Assembly (NCBI RefSeq): GCF_009914755.1
Contig: NC_060932.1
Source of the DNA: the human T2T-CHM13v2.0 reference genome, Homo sapiens
Direction: 5' to 3' (one strand)
Length of the DNA stretch: 64,000 nucleotides
Under the pieces are notes generated by a model. That model saw nothing but the letters and a program-made list of their open reading frames with translations. It did not search any database and had not been told where the DNA came from. Shown here one piece after another: positions 1 through 14,251 of this stretch (positions are counted from its first letter, which is position 1; every line of letters begins with the position of its first letter). A program made the position numbers and the translations under genes.

Positions 1-164
1 GCCATGTAAGATGTGCCCTGCTTCCCCTTCGCCTTCCACCATGATTGCAAGTTTCCTGAGGCCTCCCCAGCCATGTGGAACTGTGAGTTAATTAAACCTC
101 TTTCCTTTATAAATTACCCAGTCTCAGGTAGTTCTTTATAGCAATGTGAAAATGGACTAATACA
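1..164 (+). mobile_element. 3' part of an ERVL-MaLR LTR (THE1/MSTA type), cut by the window edge
   Basis: Typical MaLR end: 'ttaaacctctttcctttataaattacccagtctcaggtagttctttatagc...ggactaataca'. Confidence 0.85.
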
Positions 165-610
165 ATTGGGACGTTGGCCTTGCCATGAGTAAGTGGGCCT
201 CACTTAAGTCTCACTGGCTGATTGAGAAGCATCACTAGGAAAAAAGGGAAAGGAAGAAACAATGCCCGCCTCTTGCCATCACAGATAAAGCATATCAAGT
301 TGAGGCTACCAGACTGCTTGGCAAATATGTCACCTTTCTTTTTTGTAGCCTTTCTGCCTCTTACATTGAGTCCTGGCCTTCTGGGGAGCCACTGAACCTG
401 AGCAAAACAGGCTTCTCATGCTTGTCTTGTCAACTTTAATTTATGAGAGTACAGCTCAGATTAGAGGGGAGGAGGGGGAAACAGATACACACCTTCTGTA
501 ATGCCAGGAGGGATTGCTCCTTTCTGGTTGTTCTGATCTGGTGATATTTTCATAGAGCAAGTGAACCCAGCTTTCAAACCTCTTCGACACTTGTGAATGG
601 ACATACTTGC

Positions 611-780
611 TATTAAAATGAGAAATATAGGATTAACCACCCAAGCAAATTAAGATGGAAAGATGAAACATCCTATTGAAGGAAGCAAATTAATAGCATT
701 CTTGTTTGAATTACCTGAACTAGATGAGTTAAATTGTTTTCTCTTCAGCTATTGATATTATCCATTCTCAACTTTGCTTT
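611..780 (+). repeat. 170-bp direct repeat, copy 1 (apparently unique sequence)
   Basis: Aligns without gaps to 1593-1762; I count about 7 mismatches. Confidence 0.95.
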
Positions 781-934
781 GTATGTGATCATAATCTTTA
801 GATTCGAATTAGATTCAAATTAGATTTAAATCCTGAAACAGAAACAAAGAAGGGAAAACAACCTACCACATCCACCAGACAAATCAGAAACCATAATCTT
901 AATTTTGGATAAAATATACTTTTAAAAATACACT

Positions 935-1462
935 TGAGGCTAGACAGGTAGAGTCAAGGAAGTAACCCTGTCCTTGTGGTGCAGCAACTGTGGTGACCGT
1001 ACAGTCAACACAATAAGCCCCAGGATTCGCACTGTGGTCCAGCTCATTCAAGCAAGGCTATCTTCAGCAGGGAATTTCCCCTGCAGAAAGCATGCGCACT
1101 TTGATTTTACCTGTCCTCAAACTGCTCATTCTGGGTGGAGATTTAAGATGCTAATGAGACTTGTGACATATGAGCAAGCATGTACAGCTACTGTGTGTGT
1201 GCACTCAGAGAACCACCCAGAACATGCTTACTAGTAGCAAACACCTATTCCCACCCCCTTATGAATAATCATGTAGGACTCCCATAAAGAGAGTCTCCCT
1301 AGTGCCAGTCTTTGCTGTCTCATCCTTTTATGAGCAGCCTGCCCTGAATTCTCTCTCTCAGAGTGTACTGTCTATTCTGCACCTAATTTTAAAAATGTTA
1401 TTTTTATTTTACAATAAATTACTCTATGCTGGATCTTCTTTGCTGTGCTCTTATTTAAATTC
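935..1462 (+). mobile_element. ERV1 (MER4-group) solo LTR, 5' and main part; subfamily uncertain (MER84/MER67-like)
   Basis: Starts 'tgaggc...gtcaaggaagtaacc', has AATAAA at ~1413, and the LTR end resumes at ~3031. Confidence 0.7.
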
Positions 1463-1592
1463 ATATATATAATATGAATATATTATATATAATATGTACA
1501 TATTATATATACATAATATTCTCATATTTAAATTCACATATATAATATGTATATATTATATATACATAATATATATACATATAATATTCTCA
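1463..1592. repeat. AT-rich low-complexity filler with two imperfect ~65-70-bp units
   Basis: 'tttaaattca(t/c)atatataatatg...cat(at)aatattctcata' occurs twice. Confidence 0.8.
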
Positions 1593-1762
1593 TATTAAAA
1601 TGAGAAATATGGGATTAACCACCCAAGCAAATTAAGATGGAGAGATGAAACATCTTATTGAAGGAAGCAAATTAATAGCATTCTTGTTTGAATTACCTAA
1701 ACTAGATGAGTTAAATTGTTTTCTCTTCAGCTATTATTAATATCCATTCTCAACTTTGCTTT
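1593..1762 (+). repeat. 170-bp direct repeat, copy 2, abutting the L1 tail
   Basis: Matches 611-780. Confidence 0.95.
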
Positions 1763-1782
1763 ATTGTATATATATACATATA

Positions 1783-3030
<1,248 letters not shown>

Positions 3031-3031
<1 letters not shown>

Positions 3032-3086
3032 TTAATTTTTTTACAGTAAAAAGACAAGAACCGTGATATCACAACAGCCGTTAACA
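3031..3086 (+). mobile_element. 3' terminal remainder of the ERV1 LTR that starts at 935
   Basis: 'aagacaagaaccgtgatatcacaacagccgttaaca' is an LTR-type end. Confidence 0.65.
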
Positions 3087-3317
3087 CATACACTGAAATA
3101 AAAACGTTGGGGTTGGAGTGTGATTGGTTTTCTGAAAGAATAAAAGGTGACTCTTCAAATATGGTAGGTACAAAGACCCGTTGTACTGTTTACATTTCAA
3201 AACTAGGTTTAAGCTGATAGCTTTGAAGATGAAACAAGAGGAGGAGGAGCCAGGCCAGGTCCTTGGGGGCATCTTGCCTGTCCTTCCCCCTCCTGCTGCA
3301 TCAGTGTCTCCAGTGTC

Positions 3318-3397
3318 TGCTGTGCAGAAGCTTTTTAGTTTATTAGATCTGATTTGTCAATTTTGGCTTTTGTTCTCAAAAGAAGACATTTATGCAG
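3318..3397 (-). repeat. 80-bp inverted copy of 2778-2857 (the L1 inversion junction)
   Basis: 79/80 reverse-complement identity; the same peptide [26 protein letters not shown] appears in ORFs 2722..2931(-) and 3181..3546(+). Confidence 0.95.
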
Positions 3398-3559
3398 TGT
3401 CTCCAGGCTTTTCAGTTACCAACCCCTCCCCTCGGGCAAGTCACACAGGCACCCACGGCTGCTGGAAACGATTGTGGTCAGTGGATATGGGCAGTTATGA
3501 TGTCGTCTCTTTGTGGGGCACTCACAGTATCCAAGGTGGCCACTAGCATGCCTCTTCTC

Positions 3560-3655
3560 CATGCATTTGATCTCATCATAATTCTGTCACGTAAGTGTTA
3601 CAAATTCCCAGTTCTGGGTGAGGAAACGGAGGCACAGAAAGATTAAGTAATCAGA
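3560..3655 (-). mobile_element. MIR fragment
   Basis: MIR core-like 'gaggaaacggaggcacagaaagattaagtaa'. Confidence 0.6.
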
Positions 3656-6600
3656 GGAAATTTCTTCTGTGGGTTACTGGAAGGCTTCAGATTTAAGACC
3701 AGTTTCCTTCTATCCCAGCATGTTTCTCAGACCTATTGCATTGCTGTGCAGTCAGAAAATGTGTCCTCCTTTGTTTCTCATGGTGAGTGGCAGCAGTGCC
3801 CTCTTTGGTTGTTTGTATCTGGAGGCTGTCATCACCATCAACATCAGTTCCAAAATCTTACTTTTCTTGCAGCATGTGGCTTCACAGGAAAAAAAAATTA
3901 AATGCACAGGACTTCAGCTTGTTATTAGCTGAATTCACATGTGAAATACACTTTTTTAAAAGAGGGAAGTATGTCACTCTAAGTCAAGGAAATAAGTATC
4001 TTAGCATAAACCTATGAACCTAATATTCCAAGTTTAACCCCTATTTAGTAAGGATTAAATGGGGTTCTAGCTGCCATAGAAAAGGAGGAAGGGGTTCCAA
4101 TTGATACTGGAAGGCAGGACACAATCCCCAAGAAAGGACTCTGAGTAATGAGGGAGGATCCCCCTGGAAATGGGGGTGCTCTCCATGAAATCTGTGCCCA
4201 GGCCCATGGAAGGCATCCTGCAATGCCCTCTCATCAGAGAGGACTCACATTCCCTACAGTGGCACCACAGATTTGTGAGTGACATTTAGGGAACCATGTA
4301 GCATGGTGAAATAAAATAATATTCATATTAGAAAAACTGTTCCTGATGGATCACATTTCAGCAGATAAGATATTAGTTCTTGGCCTAATAACATATGGCA
4401 CAGAATCAGCAAAGAAGAACAGGACAAATGGCGAGGAGCATTATTGGATTGGGGGTGTCCCCAGCCATGCTGGCTGAGCTTCACCAGCTGCCTCACTTAA
4501 CTTTATCTGTAGTTTGCTCTATCTGTCTGCATCCATACACATGTAAATAAATGTTCACACTGTGACTTGTATACAGCGTTTATGTCATGGCATGGTGTGA
4601 TGTGAATTCATATCATCAGCATGGTGGTGGGGTCTTCATACAGTCTTTAGTTAAAGACACCCTTTAGGTATTGTTTTGGCAACATATCTGAACTAGGTAT
4701 GTATGCTCAACCTGCAAGTGAGGTGACTCTCCTGGGGGCCAAATCGAGCAGATCAGGGCAATAGCAACCCTTGACAAAGAGCAGCTGAAATAGGACCTCC
4801 TTCTACTGGGGGTGTCCCCTTTATAATATGGAGAGCTTTTCAGAGCAGGTGAACAGACTGGGCATTGAAAGTCCTTGTTGATGCTTCAGCCTGAGGGAGA
4901 AAGGGAATCACGTGTTTCCAGTGCAAACCTCAAGCTGGCTTGGGGAAAGACCTAGTCATGAGCAAGGTCTTTAAATATCCAGACCTCAGCTTGAAGCCTC
5001 ACTCAATGAAACAGAACAGCCAAGAGATTTTTCACTTGTTTTGATGGCAGTTCTATTTCTTGGAAGTTAGGAGAGGTGGATATTGCAACTGTGGAACTAG
5101 TTCAGATCAACTAGGGGAATACATAGTAATTGAAAAAACCCGGGTGTAAAAGAGAATGTCATCTGAGCCACAAAGACATTTCTGGGCATAGTAGTTATAC
5201 TGGGCACCTATGCATTTAGAAATTCAGTTTTCAAAATATCCTAGATAGGTGTAACTCTATTTAATTCTTGTGTGGGTTTCTTTTCTATCACTTTCTGCTT
5301 TACCCTCTGAAAATGTCTCCATATCCTCAAATAAAAGGTATGAAAAACAAAAGTAACATAGGAAAAGGCAAAAACAAATGGAACTTGCTTAATTCCTGTT
5401 TTCCATTTAAATATTTCTCAGGAATAAGAATTTTATTGGAAATGATAGCATTGACTACCATAAAAGGAACTCAGCATTAGATCAATGCTTATAAAAGTGA
5501 GTCTGTTATGGTTTATACATTTTTAAGTCTCTGGCCAAACTGGGTTGTATCATAGGAAAGTGAGAAAAAAAACTTATATATTCAATTGCAATGACGCTGT
5601 CAGGAACCCCTGAGGGGTCTTGGAGCATGATCCAGGGGCCTTATAGTAAAGACAGAATTTTCAAATGAGAAAAATCAAAACCGTGTATTCTGAACTGGTG
5701 AGCCTATGTATAGTTTAGGCAATATTTCAGAACACATATTTAGAACATAGTTTTAAACGGGAGTTTTTGAGTACTCCAAGTCAGGAGCAGTGATCTCTCA
5801 AATTCAGCATTGGTTCTTAAGGATGTCCTGTCACACTGACAACCTTTCTTTATTCTTTGGGTCCTGAATGAATGTATATGGTGTACTTGAATTTCAGCAA
5901 GATGTCTTGCATATTTCTCACTTATGTGGACTGTCTCGTAATATTGTTAGCTGGATCAGTAACTGCTTGAATACTCATATTCTTTCTCTGTCCCAGCCTG
6001 GGAGATGCTTTTATCACAACACAGATGTGGAGGTGGGTGGCATGCTTATCAAATCTGTGGTGACATATGGAAGGACAGTTAAAATCCTAAATGACAACAT
6101 CCACAGTACAAAAGAACAATATTAAACAGGTGGCCAGATGGCCTCAATAGAAAAAAGTCCACACAAGGCTCCTACCCTTGCCTGCCCCTCCCCACTCTCA
6201 TTGATACAGTGAGAGGCTACTCGTGATGAGGTTTTGCGGTAGCATGTGATGGATAGATGCCATTTTTAGTTGGCTGAGAGATTAATAATGGAGAGCTAAC
6301 AAGATACAGGTTCCTCCAGGCTTTTGCAGCTTTGGAATTTGAGATTTAGAAGCACAGTTGATACCAGTGTGGTGTCCAGAGCAAGGGAGCTCTCTGATGG
6401 GCCCATCTTTCCTGTGACAGCCAGACCAAATCTAGACTGCTCTATCCCACTTTGAAGAGTGCATTTTCAGAGAGACATTGCTAAACAGGTGTATATGATT
6501 GAAATGACTGAGGAATATAGATGTTCAACCAAGAGAAAAGAAGACTGATGTGTGTGTGCCGACACATGTGTACGTGTGTCGTGATATCTGGGTTCAAACA

Positions 6601-6819
6601 TAGCAAGAGTCACTTGCAGAAAGAGGACTGGAAATATGTTGTGTGATTCCAGGAACATTCCAATTGCAGCTCAAATCTCACTTTCTCAGAGGCTCAGAGG
6701 ACCCATTTATGGTCCCCATAAAAAGCAGCCCCTCCCAGGCACACTCCCATTTAATTTCTGCTATAAACACTTAGCATAAGTTGAAATTTTTTTTGGTTGT
6801 TTTCTTATTAAAAAAAATC

Positions 6820-6940
6820 CACTAAAATATAATCTCCATGAAGCAAGGGCCTTGTCTTTCTTGTTCAATGCTGTATCCCAGGTGCCCAAGCCAATACATT
6901 GCACACAGTAGTTACTTACTAAAAAAATAGTTGAAAGAAA
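6820..6940 (+). mobile_element. L2 3' end fragment
   Basis: 'ctccatgaagcaagggccttgtc...gctgtatcccaggtgccc...gcacacagtag'. Confidence 0.6.
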
Positions 6941-6988
6941 GAGAGGAGAGGAAGAAGAAAGGAAGGAAACAAAGAAAGAGATAGAATC

Positions 6989-7330
6989 AGCCAGGCGCAA
7001 TGGCTCATGCCTGTAATCCCAGCACTTTGGGAGGCTGAGGTGGGTGGATCACCTGAGGTCAGGGGTTTGAGACCAGCCTGGCCAACATGGCAAAACCCCA
7101 TCTCTACTAAAAATACAAAAATTAACCAGGTGTGGTGGTGCATGTCTGTAATCCCAGCTACCTGGGAGGCTGAAGCAGGGGAATCACTTGAACCCGGAAG
7201 GTGGAGGTTTCAGTGGGCCAAGATCACGCCACTGTACTCCAGCCTAGGCGACAGAACGAGACTCTGTCTCAAAAAAAAAAAAAAAAACAAAAAACAAAAC
7301 AAAAAGAAAAAGAAAAAAGACAACAGAAAA
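6989..7330 (+). mobile_element. AluSx-like, full length, long A-rich tail
   Basis: Dimeric Alu consensus; 'gatcacctgaggtcagg'. Confidence 0.95.
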
Positions 7331-7818
7331 AAAGAGAGTATCAGTGAATTCCAATGCAGAAAAGTAGAAGCAGTGGATAGAGTTGTGGGAGACTCATTTG
7401 AACTTAACATGAGGTGGGATGTTCTAATAATTGCATCTGGCATTTGAGCCAGCTCTTTCTGGAGACAGTCCCTCTAACTGGATATTTTCAAAGAGAGTAT
7501 TGTAGCCCAAAACTAGAAGGTGAAATAGATTCAATGACCCCTACAATTTATTCTGACCTTGAGATTAAGCTAAAAATATATTTTATACTTAAAATTTGCC
7601 ATCCTTTTTAGGAATTCAACATTCTATAACATCAAGCCTTATCAGCTAAGCCATGTGGATTCTGCTTATTAAGGAAGCACATAGCTGCGGGTGAGGGGAA
7701 GAGGTGAGAATGTGACTGTGCTCAGAATCTGTCACTATCACAAGGCTGAAAATCCCACTTCTGAGTAGCTTTGGGAAAGTCAATTTTAACTTTTTGTTTC
7801 AGTTTTCTCATTTGAGAA

Positions 7819-7820
<2 letters not shown>

Positions 7821-7865
<45 letters not shown>
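7821..7865. repeat. (GT)22 microsatellite
   Basis: Pure GT run. Confidence 0.98.
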
Positions 7866-7866
<1 letters not shown>

Positions 7867-9809
7867 CTCTCCTGCAAGGGGATGGACTCGACCTGGTGCA
7901 GGCCAGGAAATCCTTTGTCAGTGAGATGAGAACCCTTAAAAGACATGATTTAGTTTCCCACATTCCAGTTTTGCTCTTCTCCAAGCCCAGGAATGCCTCA
8001 CTTCTGGTCCAGCAGGGGAAGGCACTGAGCTTGCCAAAGGAAAGCTACACAGAGAGCCAGGGGCATGGCGCTTAGGACTTCCCATGGTTGACCAGACGCT
8101 TGGGCAGCTTTTGGTGACTTATCTATTCCTTTCCACATTTCTCTAAGCTTAGTCTCCTGAGACCAGATGCTAGGGGAGACTGGCCTTTGTCTCATTCTCC
8201 ACACCTCACCCCCACATCCAGTTTCTATGGGGGTCGGGGGCGTTTGGGAAGCCTGGCTTTGATTCCACCCCCAGCCCTCCTCCCCTCCCATGCAGACCAT
8301 GTTGGGAGCTTGGCCCCCTGCCCACAATGCAGATCAGCAGTCCAGCAGAGCTTCCTCTACTGCTTCAGGGGTGAGACAGCAGTAGCTGTGTCAAGGAATC
8401 CCAGCTGGTGTGTGCATGTGTGTTCCTTGCCTAGGTAGCATCCACCCTTTGGTACATCATGGCCACTCCCTCTTTTCTGTGGTTTCACTTGAAGCTGTGG
8501 CTCGAACTGGCCCAGTGTGAGCTGGTTCCTGGAGTTGATACGTAGACATTGCGAGTGATGAGTCCACTTTTCACAGAGGTTGCTATGCTGGGAGGATGAG
8601 CATCTAGACCCCTGAAAGTCATCGTTCCTGGCCACAAGCAAAAAGCTACCTGCAGCAGGTGAGTTGGCCACAAACCAAAGCACAACCTCAAATGGAACCA
8701 GAGAGAGCCAGGGACATTCTGGGGGCCTGTATAAGCCAGATGTGGGAGCCAGTGCACCCCCAGACTATGTTTGAGCAGTTTAGATTTGTCACTTGCAAGA
8801 AAAAGAATTTCAATGAATGCATGAGCTACCAGTGGCAAGACAGGCACAAACTCTCGTATCTACTTATAGGCAACAGAAAGGCAATGAGAGGGGAAGAGAG
8901 GTGAGAGCCAAGCTTCTGAGATAACAGTTTAGCAGCTTGGTGGAATTTGAAAGGTAGGTACTGAAGTCAAGGGGGCTCTTCAGAAGATATTGCAATAAAC
9001 AAAATGGAAAAGGGTCCAAATGGTTAAACTAATATTTACTGAATATTGAAATATTTATTTATAGGCCCTTGGGCTCTATTCTTAATTACGTTATCTTGTT
9101 AATATTCGCAATAACCCTATGAAGTATATATTCTCCCCATTTTAGTCATGAGAACACTAGGGCTTAGTGGGGTTGAATTACTCTTTCAAGACCCCATGCC
9201 TAGAAAGAGGCAGTTTTATGGAGGCTAGATCAGCCTTATTTCTGTTTCTAGTACCCCCAAAGACTTCTTAAAGTGAGAATAGGGCCCTAAGGAGAGCTGT
9301 GTGTTTTTGTGAATGACAGGATATCAAAGCAGGGGACAGTAGGAGGCAGTGAGGGATGGGAGCACCCGGGCCCCAGGTGTGCCTTTCACAGGGGCAGGGG
9401 AGAAGTGATGAGTCCAACTTTGGATGTGCAGAGTTCAAGAGGGCCCCTGCTGGTTCACCCAGGGCCTTGCACAGTGCCTAGCATCTAACAAGTGGCTCGC
9501 AAATATTTCCTGAAAGAAGTAGTTTCTAATTCATGTCTTTTTCCCTTGCTAGGGGTGATCCAGTCAAATATAAGGCCCCTTCCTTGCTGAATTTCTGATC
9601 TGAGGTCTTTAGGGTCCTAGTTTATGAAAGTTGAAGTAATGAGTTTGAGAGCTTTAGAGGAAGGCAGACGTCAGATAAACATCCTAACCTTTGCTCTTCT
9701 CTCCACCTGCTGGGCATGCCATGGAGGAGGATATTTTGCCCCCCGCCCCCAGCTTTCTTTTCTATTTCTTCTTCTATTGGCTGGTGTGGGTTAAGATTAT
9801 CTATCTATA

Positions 9810-10589
9810 TGTCTTAGCTCAGGCTGCTACAACAAATTACCATAGGCTGAGTGGCTTAAACAACAAACATTTATTTCTCACAATTCTGGAGCCCAGGATG
9901 CCAAGATCAAGGTGCCAGCAGATTTGGGGTGCAATGAGGGCTCACTTCCTGGTTTGCAGATGGCTGCTTTCTTGTTATGTCTTCACATGGCAGAGGGAGA
10001 GCACAAGATTGCTCTTGTATCTCTTCTTGTATGGGCATGGATCCCATCATTAGGGCCCTACCCTCAGGCCTTCATCTGAACCTAACTACCTCCTGTCTCA
10101 GCCCGTTTGTACTGCTATAACAAAATACCACTGCATGGGGAATTCATAAATAATAGAAATTTATTTCTCATAGTTCTGGAGGCTGGAAAGTCCAAGATCA
10201 AGGCTCCGGTGGGTTTGTTTGTATGGAGAAAGCTGCTTTCTTCTTCCAAGATGGCGCCTTATCACCACGTCCTCACAAGGCAGAAAGGGTCAATATTGTG
10301 TCTTCACATGGTGGTAGGCAGAAGGGCAAAAGCATTTAGCTAGGTCCCGTCCCTTCAGTCCTTCCATAAGGCACTGATCCCATCCATGAGAGTGGGGCTC
10401 TCAGGGCATAGCACCTCTCAAAGGCCCCACTTCTCAGTACTGTTGCATTGGGGATTACATTTTAACTAAATTTTGGAGGGGATATAAACATTCAATCCCC
10501 AGCATCTCCTAAAGGCGCTGCCTCAAAATACTATCACGTTGGGGGTTAGGGGTTCAATATATGAATTTTGGAGAGTCACATGCATAGCA
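9810..10589 (-). mobile_element. MLT1A-type MaLR solo LTR, interrupted by an MST LTR
   Basis: Termini 'tgtcttag' and 'atagca'; 5-bp TSD ctata/ctaca. Confidence 0.8.
10094..10504 (-). mobile_element. MST-type MaLR solo LTR nested in MLT1A
   Basis: Termini 'tgtctcag' and 'agca'; TSD cctcc/tctcc. Confidence 0.8.
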
Positions 10590-10629
10590 CTACAGGTATC
10601 TGAAAATGGTGAGTAGTAGATTAGGAATA

Positions 10630-10880
10630 GGTCAAGTGCAGTGCCTCACACCTGTAATCCAAACACTTTCAGAAGGTGGGCGGATAACCTGAGGAATTCG
10701 AGACCAGCCCTGGGCAACATGGTGAAGTTGGTCTCTACAAAATACACACAAAAAATTAGCTGGGCATGGTGGCACAAACCTGTAGTCCCAGCCACTCCGG
10801 AGGCTGAGGGGGGCTGCACTCCAGCCTGGGTAACAGAGCGAGACCCTGTCTCAAAAAAATAAAAAGGAAAAAAAGAAGAA
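10630..10880 (+). mobile_element. AluJ-like with an internal right-arm deletion
   Basis: 'ggaggctgagggggg|ctgcactccagcctggg' skips part of the right arm. Confidence 0.85.
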
Positions 10881-12349
10881 GACCAGGGATAAATAGTACT
10901 AACCATCAAATTATTTTCTCTATGCAGAGCACAAGCAAATTTTCAAAATGAGTAATAACAAATTCAGTATTTGAGACATCGTAAATAAGGACTTGAAATG
11001 GACAGATTTGCATTTTAGAATTGCCAGTTCAAATGCTCAAATATGGACTTTTGATGCCTAATCAAGAAGCTGCAATTAAAATTTGAAATCTCAATGTTCG
11101 CAGGAAAGCAGTCACGATGGTGTGCCAAATGCTTGCCTTTGGAGGCCTTGTGAAAATGTTTACAGGTTAGAAGAAAGAAATGGCTCTCCCAGATGGTGGC
11201 TGTGGGCAAGGGATTTCTCCAGGGTCAATGGTGTGAAGAAAATAAGAAGTGCTGCTTTGTTTTGTTTTTGGCAGCTGGCAAGGTAAGCAGGAAAATAAAA
11301 TCCTCCAATAAGAATAAAGGGAAGCGGGAGAGCAGGTTTGTGCCACGGTCGGGGAGCTGAGAGACTGGGACCCAGCACAGCCCACACTCAGGGCTCTGAG
11401 TCAGCCCAAGGGAAGGTGCCTCGTGGTCTCAGGGCTGGGAAAGGAGATGGGGGTTGCCTAGAAACTCTGTGCCCTGCTTACAGTGTTCGCTGCCATCTGT
11501 CCCTGCAAAATGATGGTTCCAGTGCTTGTCCTGGGTCTCAGGTAGTCTCAGGGATATTGGAGGAAGGGATGAACTTAGGCCACCTGGCAGGCCTGAAACT
11601 GGTGTCCTGGGGGCATTTTCAAGCAAAATTGCACCAATACAATTGGATGAGGTTTAGATGTGGAAAATAACTTGTCCTTTCCAAGTCCTTCAGAATCCAT
11701 TTTTAGCTACATCCCTAGGTTTTTAAGAGTGAATATCTGGGAGCTGGACAAAAAATCCTATAAATCAGACACCACTTTCTTCTTCCCCACAAAGAAGAGA
11801 GCGGCAAAAGGAAACCCAAGGCAGCAATTACAAGAGGCTCAGCACTGTTCCTGCTTTTGTTGCTTCTTTTCTGTAGTTTGGTCTTGCTTTGGCTTTGCTA
11901 TCCTCCACTGTTCACACTATTAATATGAAACCCAAGATGCTTTTTTTGTTTTTTTTTTTTTGTTTGTTTGTTTTTTGCTGGTGGAGCATGGTATTTTATG
12001 TTTTAGGCAGGCAGACGTTGATTTTTGTCTGCTCTGAATGAAGCTCTGAATGAAAGTGGCTCTATTCAGCTACAAAATCAAATGCAGTGGAGGTAACATC
12101 TTTTCTCTACAAAACATTTCAATTCAAAAATCAGAAACAATCATGACATAAATAGTAGCTACCAAGCTTATGAAGGCAGTATACCATTTTTTGATAGGGA
12201 GTGGGAAGAAAAAAATGTTCTGTTTTAATGGATGGTTCGATATAACAAAAAAGAAAACAAAATAAACAAAACCCAAAGCAACATCAGAGAGTTTGCCACG
12301 GACTTGAGAATGCATCTTAGTTAGGAGCCAACAGTGAAGTCTGACAATC

Positions 12350-12580
12350 CTTTGTTCAAGTTCAGGATTAATTAGCTCTGTAGCCATGGGCAAGTTATTG
12401 AATGTGGACACTGAGCCTCAGTTTCTTTATCTGCAAGATAATAATAATAAAACTTTCCTTAGAGGATGGCTGTGATAATTTGAGGAGATCTATCTCCTTG
12501 AGAACTGTAAATAACTTAACTGTGGAGTTCATTATTCATAGCATAGAGTCAACATTCAACAAATCTTAGCTATTGTTATT
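12350..12580 (+). mobile_element. MIR
   Basis: 'gggcaagttattgaa...ctgagcctcagtttctttatctgcaagat'. Confidence 0.7.
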
Positions 12581-13324
12581 GATCATTTCTTTGTAAATTC
12601 AGCTGTGGAGGGAAGAAAAAGAATGTGAAAAACAGAGAAAGCATGAGCTGTCCAGGCCAGCTGATGCTAATTATTCTCACATCCATTAAAAGGGCTCAGC
12701 AGGCCCATGTGAGTAGGTGTGTGTGCGTGTGTGCATGTGTTTGTGTGTGCATGGTTGCACAGGTGCCTAGAAGGTGAAGGAGAGTCGCAGGCTCTGGAGC
12801 TTTGGGCTGAGCAGGCCCACACAGATGTTGTCAGAAACAGGAAATATAAAATTTCGAGCAAACTGCATGTTAAGTACATGAAGGATAAGTGCGTATTGTG
12901 GGTCGTGAGTGTGTTGGGTGTCATATATTTGGAAAACCCTCCAGGATCTCTCTCCTAAAGGATACGCATAGCACCTCTACATTGTCTTGATTACTTGCAA
13001 GTATCTACAAGGACTGTTTCCCCAATGCAGGATTTTCTGCACTATTTGACAAACAACCTGCAAGAAAATGCCCCGGCTTGCCTGCATTGCCTTCCTCTAT
13101 CCTGAGTCTGCCAAAAGGATGGCAACTATTAATTAGTACTACAATATCTCCTTATGAAGGTAACACCAGGAATCTGTGCTTCAATCACTGAAATCCTCTT
13201 ATGCTTTGGGATAAAGCTCTGATTAGCCTTTTAATGGTGATTATTCAAATGTTCTCTAAACCTTAACTTATTTCATGCCAGTAGGAACAATTTTTTTTTT
13301 TAATTTCAGAATAAGACTTTTGAG

Positions 13325-14251
13325 TGAAGGAAACCACGGTACTTAACCCCAAAATATACATCTTTGGCATATTTTGATAAGCCTATTTAGACGGGCTGCA
13401 AACCACAGGAATAGCTATGAAAAAATTGTCTTTTGTGGGGGAGATTTGCATCTGTAGAGAAAATCCACATGGGTAAAATAAATAGCCAGGCTTTCTCTGA
13501 GGCTCTCTTTATCCAGATCTAGGAAAGATGAACTCACAAGAAAAGGAGACTAAAAGCCTGACACCTTAAAGGTCCCACAGAGAAACTGTTACCCCAGGCA
13601 CTCATCTGTTCTTTCTGAGAGCTCCTCCCTGAGGGATGTCATCTGTAAACAAGATAGCCTGTTGTGGGCCTGGCCCATAATGGCTCACGCCTGTAATCTC
13701 AGCATTTTGGGAGGCTGAGGTAGGTGGATCACCTGAGGTTCAGGAGTTTGAGACCAGCCTGGCCAAAATGGTGAAACTCTGTCTCTACTAAAAGTACAAA
13801 AATTAGCTGGGTGTGGTGGTGGGTGCTTGTAATCCCAGCTACTCAGTAGGCTGAGGCAGGAGGATCGCTTGAACCCGGAAGGTGGAGGTTGCAGTAATTC
13901 AAAATGGCGCCATTGCATTCCAGCCTGGGCTACAGAGAGAGATTCCATCTCAAAAAAAAAAAAAAAAAAAAAGCCTTTGCTGGCTTTCCTACCCTCACCC
14001 TCCCATCACCTGGGTCTCCACCTCCCCCGAGAAGCTCTATGCCCCTATTCATTCTGTAACCTCAGGATAATATAAAAACCTCAACCATCTGGTCCCTCCT
14101 GTGAGTCTCACACTTCGGATATGGCTCGTGTGTCCATGTGCATGTTAATAAATTTGTATACCTTTTTTTTCTATTAGTCTGTCTTTTGTCAGTTTATTTC
14201 AATAGACTCAGACTTAAATTTTCACAGGAAAAGTCCGAACTTTCCTATACA
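13325..14251 (+). mobile_element. MER34A-like ERV1 solo LTR, interrupted by an Alu
   Basis: Start 'tgaaggaaacc...ccccaaaatatac', 'gggggagatttgcatctgtagag', AATAAA at ~14147, end 'cctataca'. Confidence 0.75.
13667..13972 (+). mobile_element. AluS, full length
   Basis: Alu consensus plus A-run; 'agcct' is duplicated at the flanks. Confidence 0.93.

Noticed and set aside
798-830. Short micro-duplications (11-bp x3 here; also ~12031, ~52590, ~54456, ~55075)
   Set aside because: Ordinary slippage products; no spacers or cas genes, so not CRISPR-like.
7007-7447. Alu-derived ORFs (also 23800, 24953, 55203, 56099, 57819)
   Set aside because: Standard Alu translation artefacts.
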